A program made the position numbers and the translations under genes. Positions 25,898-35,341 of a DNA stretch of 64,000 bases are shown piece by piece (within the stretch, counting starts at the first letter, position 1; every line of letters starts with the position of its first letter). Under the pieces are notes generated by a model. That model ran no database searches. It was not told the DNA's origin and saw only the letters and a program-made list of their open reading frames with translations. Source of the DNA: a virus (taxonomy: Duplodnaviria; Caudoviricetes); IMG/VR virus record IMGVR_UViG_3300032038_000034, positions 1-64,000 of that record; one strand, written 5' to 3'.

Positions 25898-26269
25898 TCA
25901 TCCGGCACAATTTGTACATGGGTCTACGCACTTATCACCATCACATGTCTCAGAAGCTTGTGCTTTTGCCCACTCGAGCTTAGCCTCTTCTTCACGCTTG
26001 TTGTAATCTTTCAGGTTAGCAACCCAATCCTTGCTCTTTACAGCGATGACTTTGTTTTTAAATGCCCCGTCATAAAATACAATGATAAGATCGTCCTTCT
26101 TTACATCGAGCTCTCTACTATACTCTCCGCTTCCAAATACAACATGCATTGGCTCTTTTGCCAAATAGATTCGGCTAATCGATTCGCGCTGGCTTTCCAG
26201 TCTGCTTACTTCATTGTTTTCTGTATCAACAACAATGTTACAACCCTGATTGAGATATAATGTCTTCAT
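25898..26269 (-). CDS. Hypothetical protein
   Basis: 123 aa; ATGA overlap with the upstream gene. Confidence 0.75.
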   Translation of the reverse strand: MKTLYLNQGCNIVVDTENNEVSRLESQRESISRIYLAKEPMHVVFGSGEYSRELDVKKDDLIIVFYDGAFKNKVIAVKSKDWVANLKDYNKREEEAKLEWAKAQASETCDGDKCVDPCTNCAG

Positions 26270-26481
26270 TTTATAGTATATTCTTTAGATTTGTTTTCTT
26301 TGTATCTACGCTTTAGCTTAAACTTAAACAGTTGATTAAAAAGAATGTCTTTTGTATAGCTATCGTCTTTCATCAGCTCTACTGTTTGTAGAAACGGATG
26401 TTTGCACACCGTAGCAACAATGTCTTTATCAATCCCTGTTCTGTTAGATACTTCCTTTATTACATGTTCAATGTCTATCAC
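26266..26481 (-). CDS. HU/IHF-like DNA-binding protein (short)
   Basis: VIKEVSNRTGIDKDIVATVC...ILFNQLFKFKLKRR follows the HU helix-helix-beta pattern. Confidence 0.65.
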   Translation of the reverse strand: MIDIEHVIKEVSNRTGIDKDIVATVCKHPFLQTVELMKDDSYTKDILFNQLFKFKLKRRYKENKSKEYTIK

Positions 26482-26894
26482 TTTTCAACTCCAAGTATAT
26501 CGTAGAGTCTAATAAGTCGACTATCCTTAACTAGATCAAAAGGAAGTCCTGCTGTGGCACGGAATATTACTATATCTCCAACACCAATATTCTTATATGG
26601 ACCGTCCTGTGCGTGTTCGCTATTGTAGTAAAGGGGAAGTTTTATAACAACACCCTTTAAATAGTCGGAATCAACTTCTTTAACCTCTGTTTCAACCTTG
26701 TCGAAGTCTTGTGCTTCAACGCCATTTGCATCTTTTGCGGGTGTACCATTTGAAACAGGTTTACTAAACTCTTTCTTTACCTTGATCGGATCCAGGGGCT
26801 TAATCAAAAAGTGATCAAAAAAGCTGTATTTAATATTACCAGCTACACTCTGTGCAAGCTCCGATTGATCAATTATCTTTTCCTCTTCGTTCAT
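26478..26894 (-). CDS. GroES-like co-chaperonin
   Basis: DHFLIKPL...KGVVIKLP...IGVGDIVIF...LIRLYDILGV. Confidence 0.7.
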   Translation of the reverse strand: MNEEEKIIDQSELAQSVAGNIKYSFFDHFLIKPLDPIKVKKEFSKPVSNGTPAKDANGVEAQDFDKVETEVKEVDSDYLKGVVIKLPLYYNSEHAQDGPYKNIGVGDIVIFRATAGLPFDLVKDSRLIRLYDILGVEK

Positions 26895-27307
26895 TTCTTC
26901 AAACTCTTTAAGTGTTCAAGCAATGTAATCATGTTTGTCAATACTGTCTGACGCTCAACCTTTACACATGCAGGAAGCTCTGCAGTATCCTCTTCAATCG
27001 TCTTAAGACCAGTCTTATACTTGTTAAGAAGATTGTCAATCTCGTCGAAGATATTTACAAAAGGAGTTGTTGGTTTATCACTAACTTCCTCAAGATAACC
27101 CTCTTCGATAAGAGCTTTTGCATATTCTGGAGAAATTTGGAATTCAGAATTATAAGAAGACTTAATTTCATCTATTGAACTGTCGTCAGTCTTATAAAAA
27201 TTTTCCTGATGTTTAGAAACATACATTTTTGTTTCCTCAGAATACTCGAACAAATCACCGAGTTCCATCACAAAGAAAGGATTAATTACTCGTAAAACTT
27301 TTACCAT
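26891..27307 (-). CDS. Hypothetical protein (first gene of the late operon)
   Basis: ATG 27307 after an A-rich leader; 138 aa. Confidence 0.75.
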   Translation of the reverse strand: MVKVLRVINPFFVMELGDLFEYSEETKMYVSKHQENFYKTDDSSIDEIKSSYNSEFQISPEYAKALIEEGYLEEVSDKPTTPFVNIFDEIDNLLNKYKTGLKTIEEDTAELPACVKVERQTVLTNMITLLEHLKSLKK

Positions 27308-27340
27308 AATTTTTATTTGTTTAATCAAATTACACCATCG

Positions 27341-27421
27341 TAACGTGTGGTTTGTTTAATGTGGTTGCAAAAAAGATATAAAAATTTTTTAAATGCAACT
27401 ATTTGAGCAAAATTATCGTTA
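27341..27421. promoter_or_regulatory. Back-to-back ECF-sigma-type promoters TGCAAC-N17/18-CGTTA
   Basis: Minus strand: GCAAC (27368-27364), 18 nt, CGTT (27345-27342). Plus strand: GCAAC 27395-27399, 17 nt, CGTT 27417-27420. Located at the strand switch. Confidence 0.65.
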
Positions 27422-27470
27422 ATGGATCAAATATTCCCCCTATAACCCCCTAATATATATAATATTATAT

Positions 27471-27893
27471 ATGACTAAGAATAATAGTAAGACTAAAAAG
27501 AAAAGTATAATAGACGTATATCCAACTATCTATGATGTCGATATAGTAGTGGCGAACAAGTATACTACTATAAAACAGATAAACAAACTATACGAAACAG
27601 TAGATCATAAAGATTTCGATGACGATGATACATGTTTAGCTTATACTCAACCTGGGTATAATAAAGTTACTAATCGTCCTATAATTCTAGTAAAATACTG
27701 TGGTGATACTATACAGAAAGATAAAGATAAGAAGCTAGATCTTATAAATACTTGTGCTCATGAAGCTGTTCATGTGTGTATGAGGATATACTCTAAGACC
27801 GGAGAAGAAGTATATAAAGATGATCATAATGAATTACTTGCTTACCTGCTTGGTTGGGTAACTGAAAATATCTATAAGACATGGACGAAATAA
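27471..27893 (+). CDS. HExxH zinc metallopeptidase-like protein
   Basis: TCAHEAVHVC...NELLAYLLGW. Confidence 0.75.
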   Translation: MTKNNSKTKKKSIIDVYPTIYDVDIVVANKYTTIKQINKLYETVDHKDFDDDDTCLAYTQPGYNKVTNRPIILVKYCGDTIQKDKDKKLDLINTCAHEAVHVCMRIYSKTGEEVYKDDHNELLAYLLGWVTENIYKTWTK

Positions 27894-28402
27894 ATCATAT
27901 AGAGCTGAATGCTATACTATTTTATGCTGACTTTTTAAGTCTTAAGGCTATTTCGCAGCCTGTAACAGATAACTGTAAGTATTTTTATATACACGGGGTG
28001 CCCATCAACAGTGCATTTATATTAGACTTAGAACCTGAATATGACGTAACAAACGAATATTTTAAACAAGCCCTTGTTGAATATTCTGCAATAAAGAATA
28101 AATACGGAGATGAAGGTGTTGAAAGTTTTATAGACGATGTCTGCTGTATAAGAGCGTGTGGGAGTGTTGATGCAGAACGTATGTTGAAGTGCATACACCA
28201 ATATAGCAGTAAACACGAACGTAAATAGGCTGTAAATGCTTATAATACGTGGAAAGATAATCAAATATATACTCATACAACAATCAATGAAAATGGAGAC
28301 CCCGAAGAAAAAGAATGCTCAAAATATGTCTATCACGCTGAAAGAATGCTTGGAAAACAAGGAATGGTTAAAAGGCTACGAAATAATAAATAGAGATACT
28401 AA
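27881..28402 (+). CDS. Hypothetical protein, 173 aa, 2 TAG
   Basis: Track ORF ends at TAG 28226; the frame continues AVNAYNTWKDNQ... through TAG 28391 to TAA 28400. Confidence 0.7.
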
Positions 28403-28428
28403 AAACAGATTAAAAAATCACTTATACG

Positions 28429-28533
28429 ATGACTAACGAATTAACAACTATTATTTGTGTCTCTGTATATCTAGTACTCTGTATAATATTGACTGTTTTT
28501 CATAAACCTATTGACGAGAGCGATTATGAATGA
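28429..28533 (+). CDS. Small single-TM peptide (34 aa)
   Basis: MTNELTTIICVSVYLVLCIILTVFHKPIDESDYE. Confidence 0.4.
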   Translation: MTNELTTIICVSVYLVLCIILTVFHKPIDESDYE

Positions 28534-28613
28534 AATAGAACCGTGCGATTGGGAAGTAATCGAAGATTTTGGAGACGAACCCCAGCATTATCACAAAGAA
28601 CCCAATTATAATT

Positions 28614-29021
28614 ATGACTAATAATAGTAATATTTATGACATTGATGGGGAAATCATCAGAAAAATCGATGATGACCACCAATGGACTGTAGAAGAAGTA
28701 AAAAATAAGATAGAATACTACCGTAATAAGCTTAAGGATCTGGCTGAAGACGATAAGAAAGCCGTCCTTTACGCTACATATATGCGTAATTTATCTAATT
28801 ATTTGCTTGTTTTATACTCTAAAATGACGCCTGACCAGCTCAACGCTGAGATTAATGCCGCTAAAGCATTGACTACTAACGAACAGGTCAAAAAAGCTAT
28901 GGAAGAGCTCCAAGACAGCCTTAATGAGGAAGAAAAAGAGAAAGAAGAGCCTAAAGAGACTGTAATGGACGAATATGTAGACTTTGTTGAAGAACCCGCA
29001 AATACAGAAGACAATGAATGA
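28614..29021 (+). CDS. Hypothetical acidic protein
   Basis: Likely ATG 28614 within track ORF 28569..29021. Confidence 0.7.
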   Translation: MTNNSNIYDIDGEIIRKIDDDHQWTVEEVKNKIEYYRNKLKDLAEDDKKAVLYATYMRNLSNYLLVLYSKMTPDQLNAEINAAKALTTNEQVKKAMEELQDSLNEEEKEKEEPKETVMDEYVDFVEEPANTEDNE

Positions 29022-29289
29022 TTTACAAGCTTACGTCTTCACCTGCATAATAAGCGCAGATAATGACGAATTTGGACTTTCTGAAGAGGATAAGCAAGAG
29101 ATCATATATAGACATGATTTAGGCTCCACTTGGGATTATGTACTAGAACCTATAAAAGATGAGAAGGTACGTAGAAATTTAATAGAATTTTTAGACGATG
29201 AGACAGATAAAACGGATATTCGTACACTGCACGGCAGGTCCATAGACCCAGACCGTAGCAGAAATACAAAAATATTGGAAGACGCATAA
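29014..29289 (+). CDS. Hypothetical protein
   Basis: ATG overlaps the upstream stop; 3' end overlaps the endolysin start. Confidence 0.55.
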   Translation: MNDLQAYVFTCIISADNDEFGLSEEDKQEIIYRHDLGSTWDYVLEPIKDEKVRRNLIEFLDDETDKTDIRTLHGRSIDPDRSRNTKILEDA

Positions 29290-29809
29290 TAAATGGACAA
29301 GTCCAGGGTATCATTACATCATTAAGCCAGATGGAGAAATAGTACCATTACAACCAGAAGACAAGCCTTCAAATGGAGTAGCAGGATACAACAGCACAGC
29401 AATCAACGTCTGCTACATTGGAGGGGTTGATAAGCAAGGAAGACCTGTAGATAATCGCACAGAAGCCCAAAAGAAAGCCTTATCTACCATACTAAAAGAC
29501 CTACACAAAAGATATCCTAACGCAGAGATCTTAGGTCATAGAGATATATGGGGTTCTGACCCTAAAAAGTGGCATAAAATGTGCCCATGTTTTAATGTAA
29601 AAGCAGAGCTTCCAACTCTCCTAGCAGAGAAGAAAGAAGTAAGTGTAAAAGAAGTAGTAAATAACATAAAGGTAGATAGTACAGCACTACACCCAAAACC
29701 AGAGATAAAACCAGTACCTGTTACACCCCTTATGAGTGAGCCAAAACCAGCTAAAAAACAGGGCTTTTTTGGGACTCTAATCAATGCTATTTTAAGTATA
29801 TTTAAATAA
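29198..29809 (+). CDS. Endolysin, N-acetylmuramoyl-L-alanine amidase (T7-lysozyme/Amidase_2 type), 203 aa, single TAG at codon 16
   Basis: IFVHCTAG...GYHYII...NSTAINVCYIGG...LGHRDI...KMCPCFNV; TAG at 29243; amphipathic C-terminal tail. Confidence 0.92.
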
Positions 29810-29810
29810 T

Positions 29811-30104
29811 ATGGAAAATAATAATGCTCAAAAGGAACAAGAACTGATAGATAGTGGTATGTGGAAAAGAGAAATTCTTTCGTTTAACATTAGTGTGATC
29901 GATGAAACATCACCATATGGTGTTCGTAGACTTACATATGATATTGGAGATGACTTTACATCAGATCAAATCGCTTCGTTTGAACAATTCTTTAGAGAAG
30001 TAAACAGAAGGTTTCCAACAGTTAAGATGTTCACTATGGGGACTGGTTTAGTGCCAGTAGACGATGATACCTATAAAGATGTACAAATTAAACTAAATAA
30101 ATAA
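29811..30104 (+). CDS. Hypothetical protein
   Basis: 97 aa, 1 nt after the endolysin stop. Confidence 0.7.
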   Translation: MENNNAQKEQELIDSGMWKREILSFNISVIDETSPYGVRRLTYDIGDDFTSDQIASFEQFFREVNRRFPTVKMFTMGTGLVPVDDDTYKDVQIKLNK

Positions 30105-30130
30105 TGTACGCGTACCTTTAATTATATATA

Positions 30131-30162
30131 AGCCTCAGGGAGAAATCCTTGGGGCTTTTTTT
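30131..30162 (+). terminator. Rho-independent terminator closing the lysis block
   Basis: AGCCTCAGGG-AGAAAT-CCTTGGGGCT-TTTTTT. Confidence 0.85.
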
Positions 30163-30338
30163 ATACACTCCTTCGGAGCACAAACATTCCTTCGGAACGG
30201 TGAAAAATTTTTAAAATTTTTTTGTTCCCAACGTGCTACCTTGTGTGAGTGTGGAAATGAGAAACAGTAATGACAGACGCCCCCGACTCAATCGAAATTG
30301 GAAAGTGCCCCCGTACCTAAGTAACAAAACAAAATGTT

Positions 30339-30647
30339 ATGAACAATTGGCATTCTCGCGAATGCTCAGGCTCAGCATATTGCTGGCCTGAATCCATAAT
30401 CTCTTTCGCTATGGCTCAGAAGATTACGTATTGCATCGTTACGTCCCAGTGGGACAACGATGCCAGTCGCTATGTCGACGAGTGGCATAAAGACAAGCTT
30501 TATGACCTCGACAACAAAGCCGACGTCAAAGCCCTCGCAGTAGACCTGCTCAACTTTAACCTTCAACAAGGTGTTAAGACAAGTCTTAAAACCTATGTTG
30601 AACGTGAAAGTCTCGCGTTCTCTGCTAAGGACCTTGGTATCAAATGA
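30339..30647 (+). CDS. Hypothetical early protein (start may be 30411)
   Basis: Track ORF with biased codons in the 3' part. Confidence 0.6.
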   Translation: MNNWHSRECSGSAYCWPESIISFAMAQKITYCIVTSQWDNDASRYVDEWHKDKLYDLDNKADVKALAVDLLNFNLQQGVKTSLKTYVERESLAFSAKDLGIK

Positions 30648-30762
30648 TACCAATCTCCTTGCTTTGCCCCTTCTTAGGGGCTATCGCTCAGACAACGTTT
30701 TATGACCAATCGGCTTAAGAGTTTATGGATCTTAGTGGAATCAATCCCTAATATTTAAACAT

Positions 30763-31149
30763 ATGAAAGTACAAGACGTAAAGAGGGAATGCCTGGCCAA
30801 TGTCGGGCTTTCCATTGAGTTCAGCAACAGTGAAGTTGACAGTGTTGTATCCTTAGTTAGAGACTTAGACATCTCAATACAAAAGGGTATACGTGACCTA
30901 GAATCATTTACTGCTCATACAAAACAGATTAATTCTGTGTTTGAACAGGAAGATCAAGGCGCACATGGCAGAGCCAATATCAACCTTGACAACGCTACTG
31001 TTACAGTTGACCTCAAATCATTGTTCCGTGCATTTAAACTGCTGGACACAATTTCAAATCACCGTGCATTTAATTCAAGTGGTCTATTTGATGGCGCAGA
31101 TACAGAATGCGAAGCATTGGTAAGCAAAATTAATCGCGGTGAAATCTAA
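30763..31149 (+). CDS. Hypothetical early protein
   Basis: 128 aa, followed by a terminator. Confidence 0.7.
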   Translation: MKVQDVKRECLANVGLSIEFSNSEVDSVVSLVRDLDISIQKGIRDLESFTAHTKQINSVFEQEDQGAHGRANINLDNATVTVDLKSLFRAFKLLDTISNHRAFNSSGLFDGADTECEALVSKINRGEI

Positions 31150-31152
31150 TTC

Positions 31153-31180
31153 TAGGGAGCCATTGCAGCTCCCTTTTTCT
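31153..31180 (+). terminator. Rho-independent terminator
   Basis: AGGGAGC-CATTGCA-GCTCCCT-TTTT. Confidence 0.75.
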
Positions 31181-31348
31181 TGCGTAACAAAACAAAACGT
31201 TTTAAAAAATCGTCGGCTTCGCCGAGTTGGTTTTATACCACTTAACCGACATCGTGTCGATGTGACAATGCGAGAGAGTCTACTCACGCTGTCATATTGA
31301 CATTTATCCGAGTGTTTATCATCAAACCTCAAATTAATATATAGCTTT

Positions 31349-32098
31349 ATGAACTACAGATTAACAAATTTCGAGATTAAGACTGCCCAGGGCAATCGTA
31401 TCTCAGGACAAGAGAACAATGGTTACCTAAGTTGCACAGCATTCAATCCTATGAATCGCTTCGAGAAGTCACACAACATTGCCATCTTCGACAAAGGCAT
31501 GGTCGAGTACTACAAGACCAAACTTCCTGTATCTAAAGGTGGACTCTTACCAGATGAAGGCTGGGACGAGAACGCTATGGATGCACAGGACCGCATCTTT
31601 GTCAATGGTTGCACAGTAGAGTATGACCTCGGAGCCCTGTATTGCCGTAAGTATACATCAGACATCATCGATGCCAATGGTGTTACTGTACCTGGCAAAG
31701 AAGCAGGCAAGGTTATCTGCGACGCAAACGGTAATCCCATTGTCTTCAGCAAGATTTCTGTGTTCTGTCAGTACGCATTCAAGACTGAGGCCATATTCGA
31801 CGATTTCGGTATGCCAGTCATTGACCCAGCTACAGGTAACTCAAAGATTAAGATTATCCGCGACGAAACCGGTAAGCCCATCGAAGAGTGGGTAGCAGGC
31901 TGGTCTCCTATCGAAGTAGGCGAGTCTATGCGTAGACTTCTGACACCGTACACTGCAAGTATTGATACCCAATCTATGGGCGCTGCTAATCAGCAAGCAC
32001 AGCCTGGTGTCCACGTCGAGGAATCTCCTCAGATATTTGGACCTCAGGGCGGAGCTGCACAACCAGCTGCACAACCAGCAGGTGCTACACAGCAGTAG
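31349..32098 (+). CDS. Hypothetical protein with Q/A/P-rich tail; ends in TAG
   Basis: 249 aa, biased codons; terminator 25 nt after the TAG. Confidence 0.8.
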   Translation: MNYRLTNFEIKTAQGNRISGQENNGYLSCTAFNPMNRFEKSHNIAIFDKGMVEYYKTKLPVSKGGLLPDEGWDENAMDAQDRIFVNGCTVEYDLGALYCRKYTSDIIDANGVTVPGKEAGKVICDANGNPIVFSKISVFCQYAFKTEAIFDDFGMPVIDPATGNSKIKIIRDETGKPIEEWVAGWSPIEVGESMRRLLTPYTASIDTQSMGAANQQAQPGVHVEESPQIFGPQGGAAQPAAQPAGATQQ

Positions 32099-32123
32099 TA
32101 CACAACAGAGTCATTGCGAAGAG

Positions 32124-32166
32124 TGCATTGGGGGCTGAGCATATTGCTTGGCCCTCATTGCTTTTT
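32124..32166 (+). terminator. Rho-independent terminator
   Basis: TGGGGGCTGAGC-ATATT-GCTTGGCCCTCA...TTTTT. Confidence 0.75.
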
Positions 32167-32361
32167 GTAGAAGTTCATACATACTATATGTTTAATCGTC
32201 TGAATCTAATCCGCACATTGCGGAACGATTATAATTCTATCATTATGAAACGTTTTTAGAACATCACGCGTCAGTGAAAACCTGTGTTAGACGTGACAGT
32301 GCATAGAACTCCAGTGCCAGAAGAGTAGGAGTTGACAGCTGGAAATAGACAGCAATTATTC

Positions 32362-32407
32362 TCTCTATAAATGGCCTTGCGTGGTTCGAATCCACGATAG
32401 AGAACAA
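32362..32407 (+). ncRNA. tRNA minihelix-like element (acceptor + T arm only)
   Basis: TCTCTAT-11 nt-CGTGG-TTCGAAT-CCACG-ATAGAGA-A-CAA. Confidence 0.55.
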
Positions 32408-32689
32408 AATGCTGACAACATGCAAAAAACTCAATATAAAATATCCAGTAAATCCGGTGTCTGTAGCTACACTAGGGCAGTTTATAAGTCCCAGCCGGCG
32501 AAATTTGGATTTCCAAGATGTTGAGGACGCCAGTTTCTTATTTAACGGTTCATGACAGTTTAATAAGTTTTAGGCGTAAAACACAAGCAAAATAGGTGTC
32601 GACTGGCCAATTCTGCCGCGTCGATATGTGTTTAATATCTGTCACACTTACCACTTAACCAACGGTGGAGAGGACAGCCTCTGACAGAT

Positions 32690-33139
32690 ATAAAGTGGTA
32701 GGTTTGATTGTAAGCAGCGTTGAGAGACCACTGAAAACGAAAAACAATCAAGTTGTGCGTAAGATAAACTGAAATGCTCAAAACCTTGTTATTCCGAGGG
32801 GAAATCAGAATCGCATACCTGTGCGTTAGACTAGCTGAAATGGGTCAAGGTAATCACACTCCTCTCAAGTGTGGTCGTATATGAACATTGTTACACTTGG
32901 TGTTCTGATGCAACATACGAAAGCAAGCGTGTTTCCTCCCTTGGTGGGCCTAAGTCATTGAGTTGCGTCGATGATATGGGATATACATGATAGCAGAGAT
33001 GCGTGTGTATGTTTGGAATCAGTGAAAGCATTTTGAGAGTTTAAATGCAAGTAGCCTCAGTGTGTTCGTTAAGTCGAACAAGCGCAACACTGTGTTAACA
33101 GACGGGGGATTTGCTCGAAAGGGCATTTCCCTCGTTTTT
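32690..33139 (+). ncRNA. Large structured RNA candidate (ROOL-like)
   Basis: ORF-free; stems TTGATTGT/ACAATCAA, CAGTGT/ACACTG, TGTTCG/CGAACA; long-range AAACT..CTCAAAA (32766-32783) / TTTTGAGAGTTT (33031-33042); terminal hairpin plus U-tract. Confidence 0.5.
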
Positions 33140-33311
33140 ATATTAACACATTATGATTGATAATAGATACTCTGTTTGCATATCTTTAAAAACCTGTTTT
33201 TTCATGGTATGTTTTGTTCATAGTTGTTTTGGTTATAGCGATAACCACAACCATACTTGTCTGGGAAGATAGGTATGTTTTGATTGAAATCAATTCTAAA
33301 TAACATATATT

Positions 33312-33404
33312 ATGAAGTACATCAATAAAGAAACATTTTGGAGCATCTTGCTTGTATCTCTAATGATGTTTTGGACATATGTAGTAATTTATATATTCCA
33401 TTAA
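33312..33404 (+). CDS. Small membrane peptide (30 aa)
   Basis: MKYINKETFWSILLVSLMMFWTYVVIYIFH; same ATGAAGTACATCAA start as the next gene. Confidence 0.45.
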   Translation: MKYINKETFWSILLVSLMMFWTYVVIYIFH

Positions 33405-33407
33405 CAT

Positions 33408-33734
33408 ATGAAGTACATCAAATCAAGGATTCTAGCGTTTATTGTGCTATTGCTAGGATTAATCGCCTACTCTCAAGACGTATTTGCACAAAATGTGGTA
33501 CGAAAAGGTCATGTATTTGTACAGCAGTCTGCATCAAAAGACTCTGTTAAAACAGACTATGAGTATCAAGACCGAGATGGCAACAAATATGTCATCTATC
33601 TCTCACCCAAGGGTAAAGCTTATTATTGGGCCGTTTCAAAGAAGACAGGTAAACGCTACAAGCGGTATCTGCCTAAAATAACAGAAATGTTAAAAGAAGC
33701 AGCAGTCAATGAGAAAGCTAAAGGTGATAAGTGA
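33408..33734 (+). CDS. Hypothetical protein with signal peptide/TM
   Basis: N-terminal hydrophobic segment, basic C-terminus. Confidence 0.7.
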   Translation: MKYIKSRILAFIVLLLGLIAYSQDVFAQNVVRKGHVFVQQSASKDSVKTDYEYQDRDGNKYVIYLSPKGKAYYWAVSKKTGKRYKRYLPKITEMLKEAAVNEKAKGDK

Positions 33735-33850
33735 CTTCAGAGGCTACGACTATGTATGTAAGAAATTATGAGGTTCAATACACCTAGGCCCTAGCAGGGG
33801 TGCGACTGTTCAACGCACAATATTAGAAATCAATTCTAAAAACATTAAAT

Positions 33851-34207
33851 ATGAAAAGGTACATAGAGCAGTCAGACATTGCTCACTTTAACGAGTTCAG
33901 AGAGTCTCTCGTAGGCAAAGAGTTCTCTCGTAAGGAGATACAGAAACTATTAGGCGACCAAATGGGTTATCCACAGTCTGATAGATTTCTGATTATGATG
34001 TCCAGCGGTGAAAATCCGCCTATTAAGAAAATACAGCATGATGTGTATGTTGTAGATTCTAAACCGACGTATAGAGACAGATTGCAAGTAATATTTGACG
34101 AATATTACAGAGCAATTGAGGCTATCCCAATTGATGAAGCTATATTGGCTTTAAAAAATGCTGGTTATAAGATATATAAACCAGATATCAAATACGTTGA
34201 AATATGA
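33851..34207 (+). CDS. Hypothetical protein
   Basis: 118 aa; C-terminus EAILALKNAGYKIYKP. Confidence 0.75.
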   Translation: MKRYIEQSDIAHFNEFRESLVGKEFSRKEIQKLLGDQMGYPQSDRFLIMMSSGENPPIKKIQHDVYVVDSKPTYRDRLQVIFDEYYRAIEAIPIDEAILALKNAGYKIYKPDIKYVEI

Positions 34208-34436
34208 TTGTCATCAATCCCCTGCTTTAATTCATTTCCATTTAAATCACACTGTCTGGGAAGATCGTGTGGTTTCTCTATTAGAGAATATAACAGCAAT
34301 AATAAGTTGTTGTTAAGCAGAGCGATACTGCTGTAGAGAACTATGTCCTACCAAGGACAGAGGGCGGCAAAAAACGTTTGCCATAATTCAACATAGCCGC
34401 CCTTTATATCTTGCACATTTTTAAACTCTCTATATT

Positions 34437-34661
34437 ATGGCAAGACAAAGATTCAGCCTCAATGCGTGTGGTTCGTCACGTGGAGGCTATGTAGCACGTG
34501 CACATAAATTATATATGGCACAGCATCACGAACAAGCAAAACAAGTCATTAAACAAATAATGATGCCTCGATATTTTGTACGATGTTGGGGCAAATTGCT
34601 TCAAATAACAGAAATTGAAGCAGCCAGATTAAAACCAACTGGTGCTGTTATTGTTAAATGA
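34437..34661 (+). CDS. Hypothetical protein
   Basis: 74 aa track ORF. Confidence 0.6.
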   Translation: MARQRFSLNACGSSRGGYVARAHKLYMAQHHEQAKQVIKQIMMPRYFVRCWGKLLQITEIEAARLKPTGAVIVK

Positions 34662-34906
34662 CAAACCCTGTACTACAAAGATATCGTAAAGTACTATCTG
34701 GTAAATCAGCGTGTGCCCGTATCACACAAGTGAGTCAGATTACAGGTTTTAAGAAGACAATCCTTCATGAACTAAATAAATTTTTTGCCTCCTTATCCGT
34801 CTGTGAAGATAGATAGGGATTTTATAAGAATTTACATTATTAATTAAATACATTCCCAATCAGCGTAATGGGTAAAGTTTACGCTAAATAAAAACGTTTA
34901 TCAAAA

Positions 34907-35341
34907 ATGTTATTCACAAAAAGTTCTTCAACAGGAATTCAGATAGAGGACCACGTCCTCCTGGTTCCTCAGGCATTCCACAACATTGGAATCAAAGCAA
35001 ATCAGCAACGAATCAAAAAATTCGTTGAGGGTTTGGGCTACAAAGTTCAGTTCTTGCCGAAAGATTCCGACTTTGCCATCGTGATTGGCAAAGCTCTCCC
35101 AAAGGAGATTGAAGCTAAGGCGTTAGCGTTGGAACACGCTAAAATCATCTCAATTGCAAGAGAGGTTACGAATTTGGCACTCCGACTGCCTTCAGAAGAG
35201 AAAGAAGCTGAAGAAGAATTACACAAAATCACAACGTTTGAAAAGATGTGTGACGACTTCGAGACTGCCATTAAGGCCGTATTTGGCGAAACTATCGGAG
35301 TGGAAATAAATCTTGTGGTATGCAACAAGGAAGAATCGTAA
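34907..35341 (+). CDS. Hypothetical protein
   Basis: 144 aa; TTATCAAA leader motif. Confidence 0.75.
   Translation: MLFTKSSSTGIQIEDHVLLVPQAFHNIGIKANQQRIKKFVEGLGYKVQFLPKDSDFAIVIGKALPKEIEAKALALEHAKIISIAREVTNLALRLPSEEKEAEEELHKITTFEKMCDDFETAIKAVFGETIGVEINLVVCNKEES

Noticed and set aside
28236-28436. 66-aa track ORF
   Set aside because: It overlaps the TAG read-through extension of 27881..28402 in another frame.
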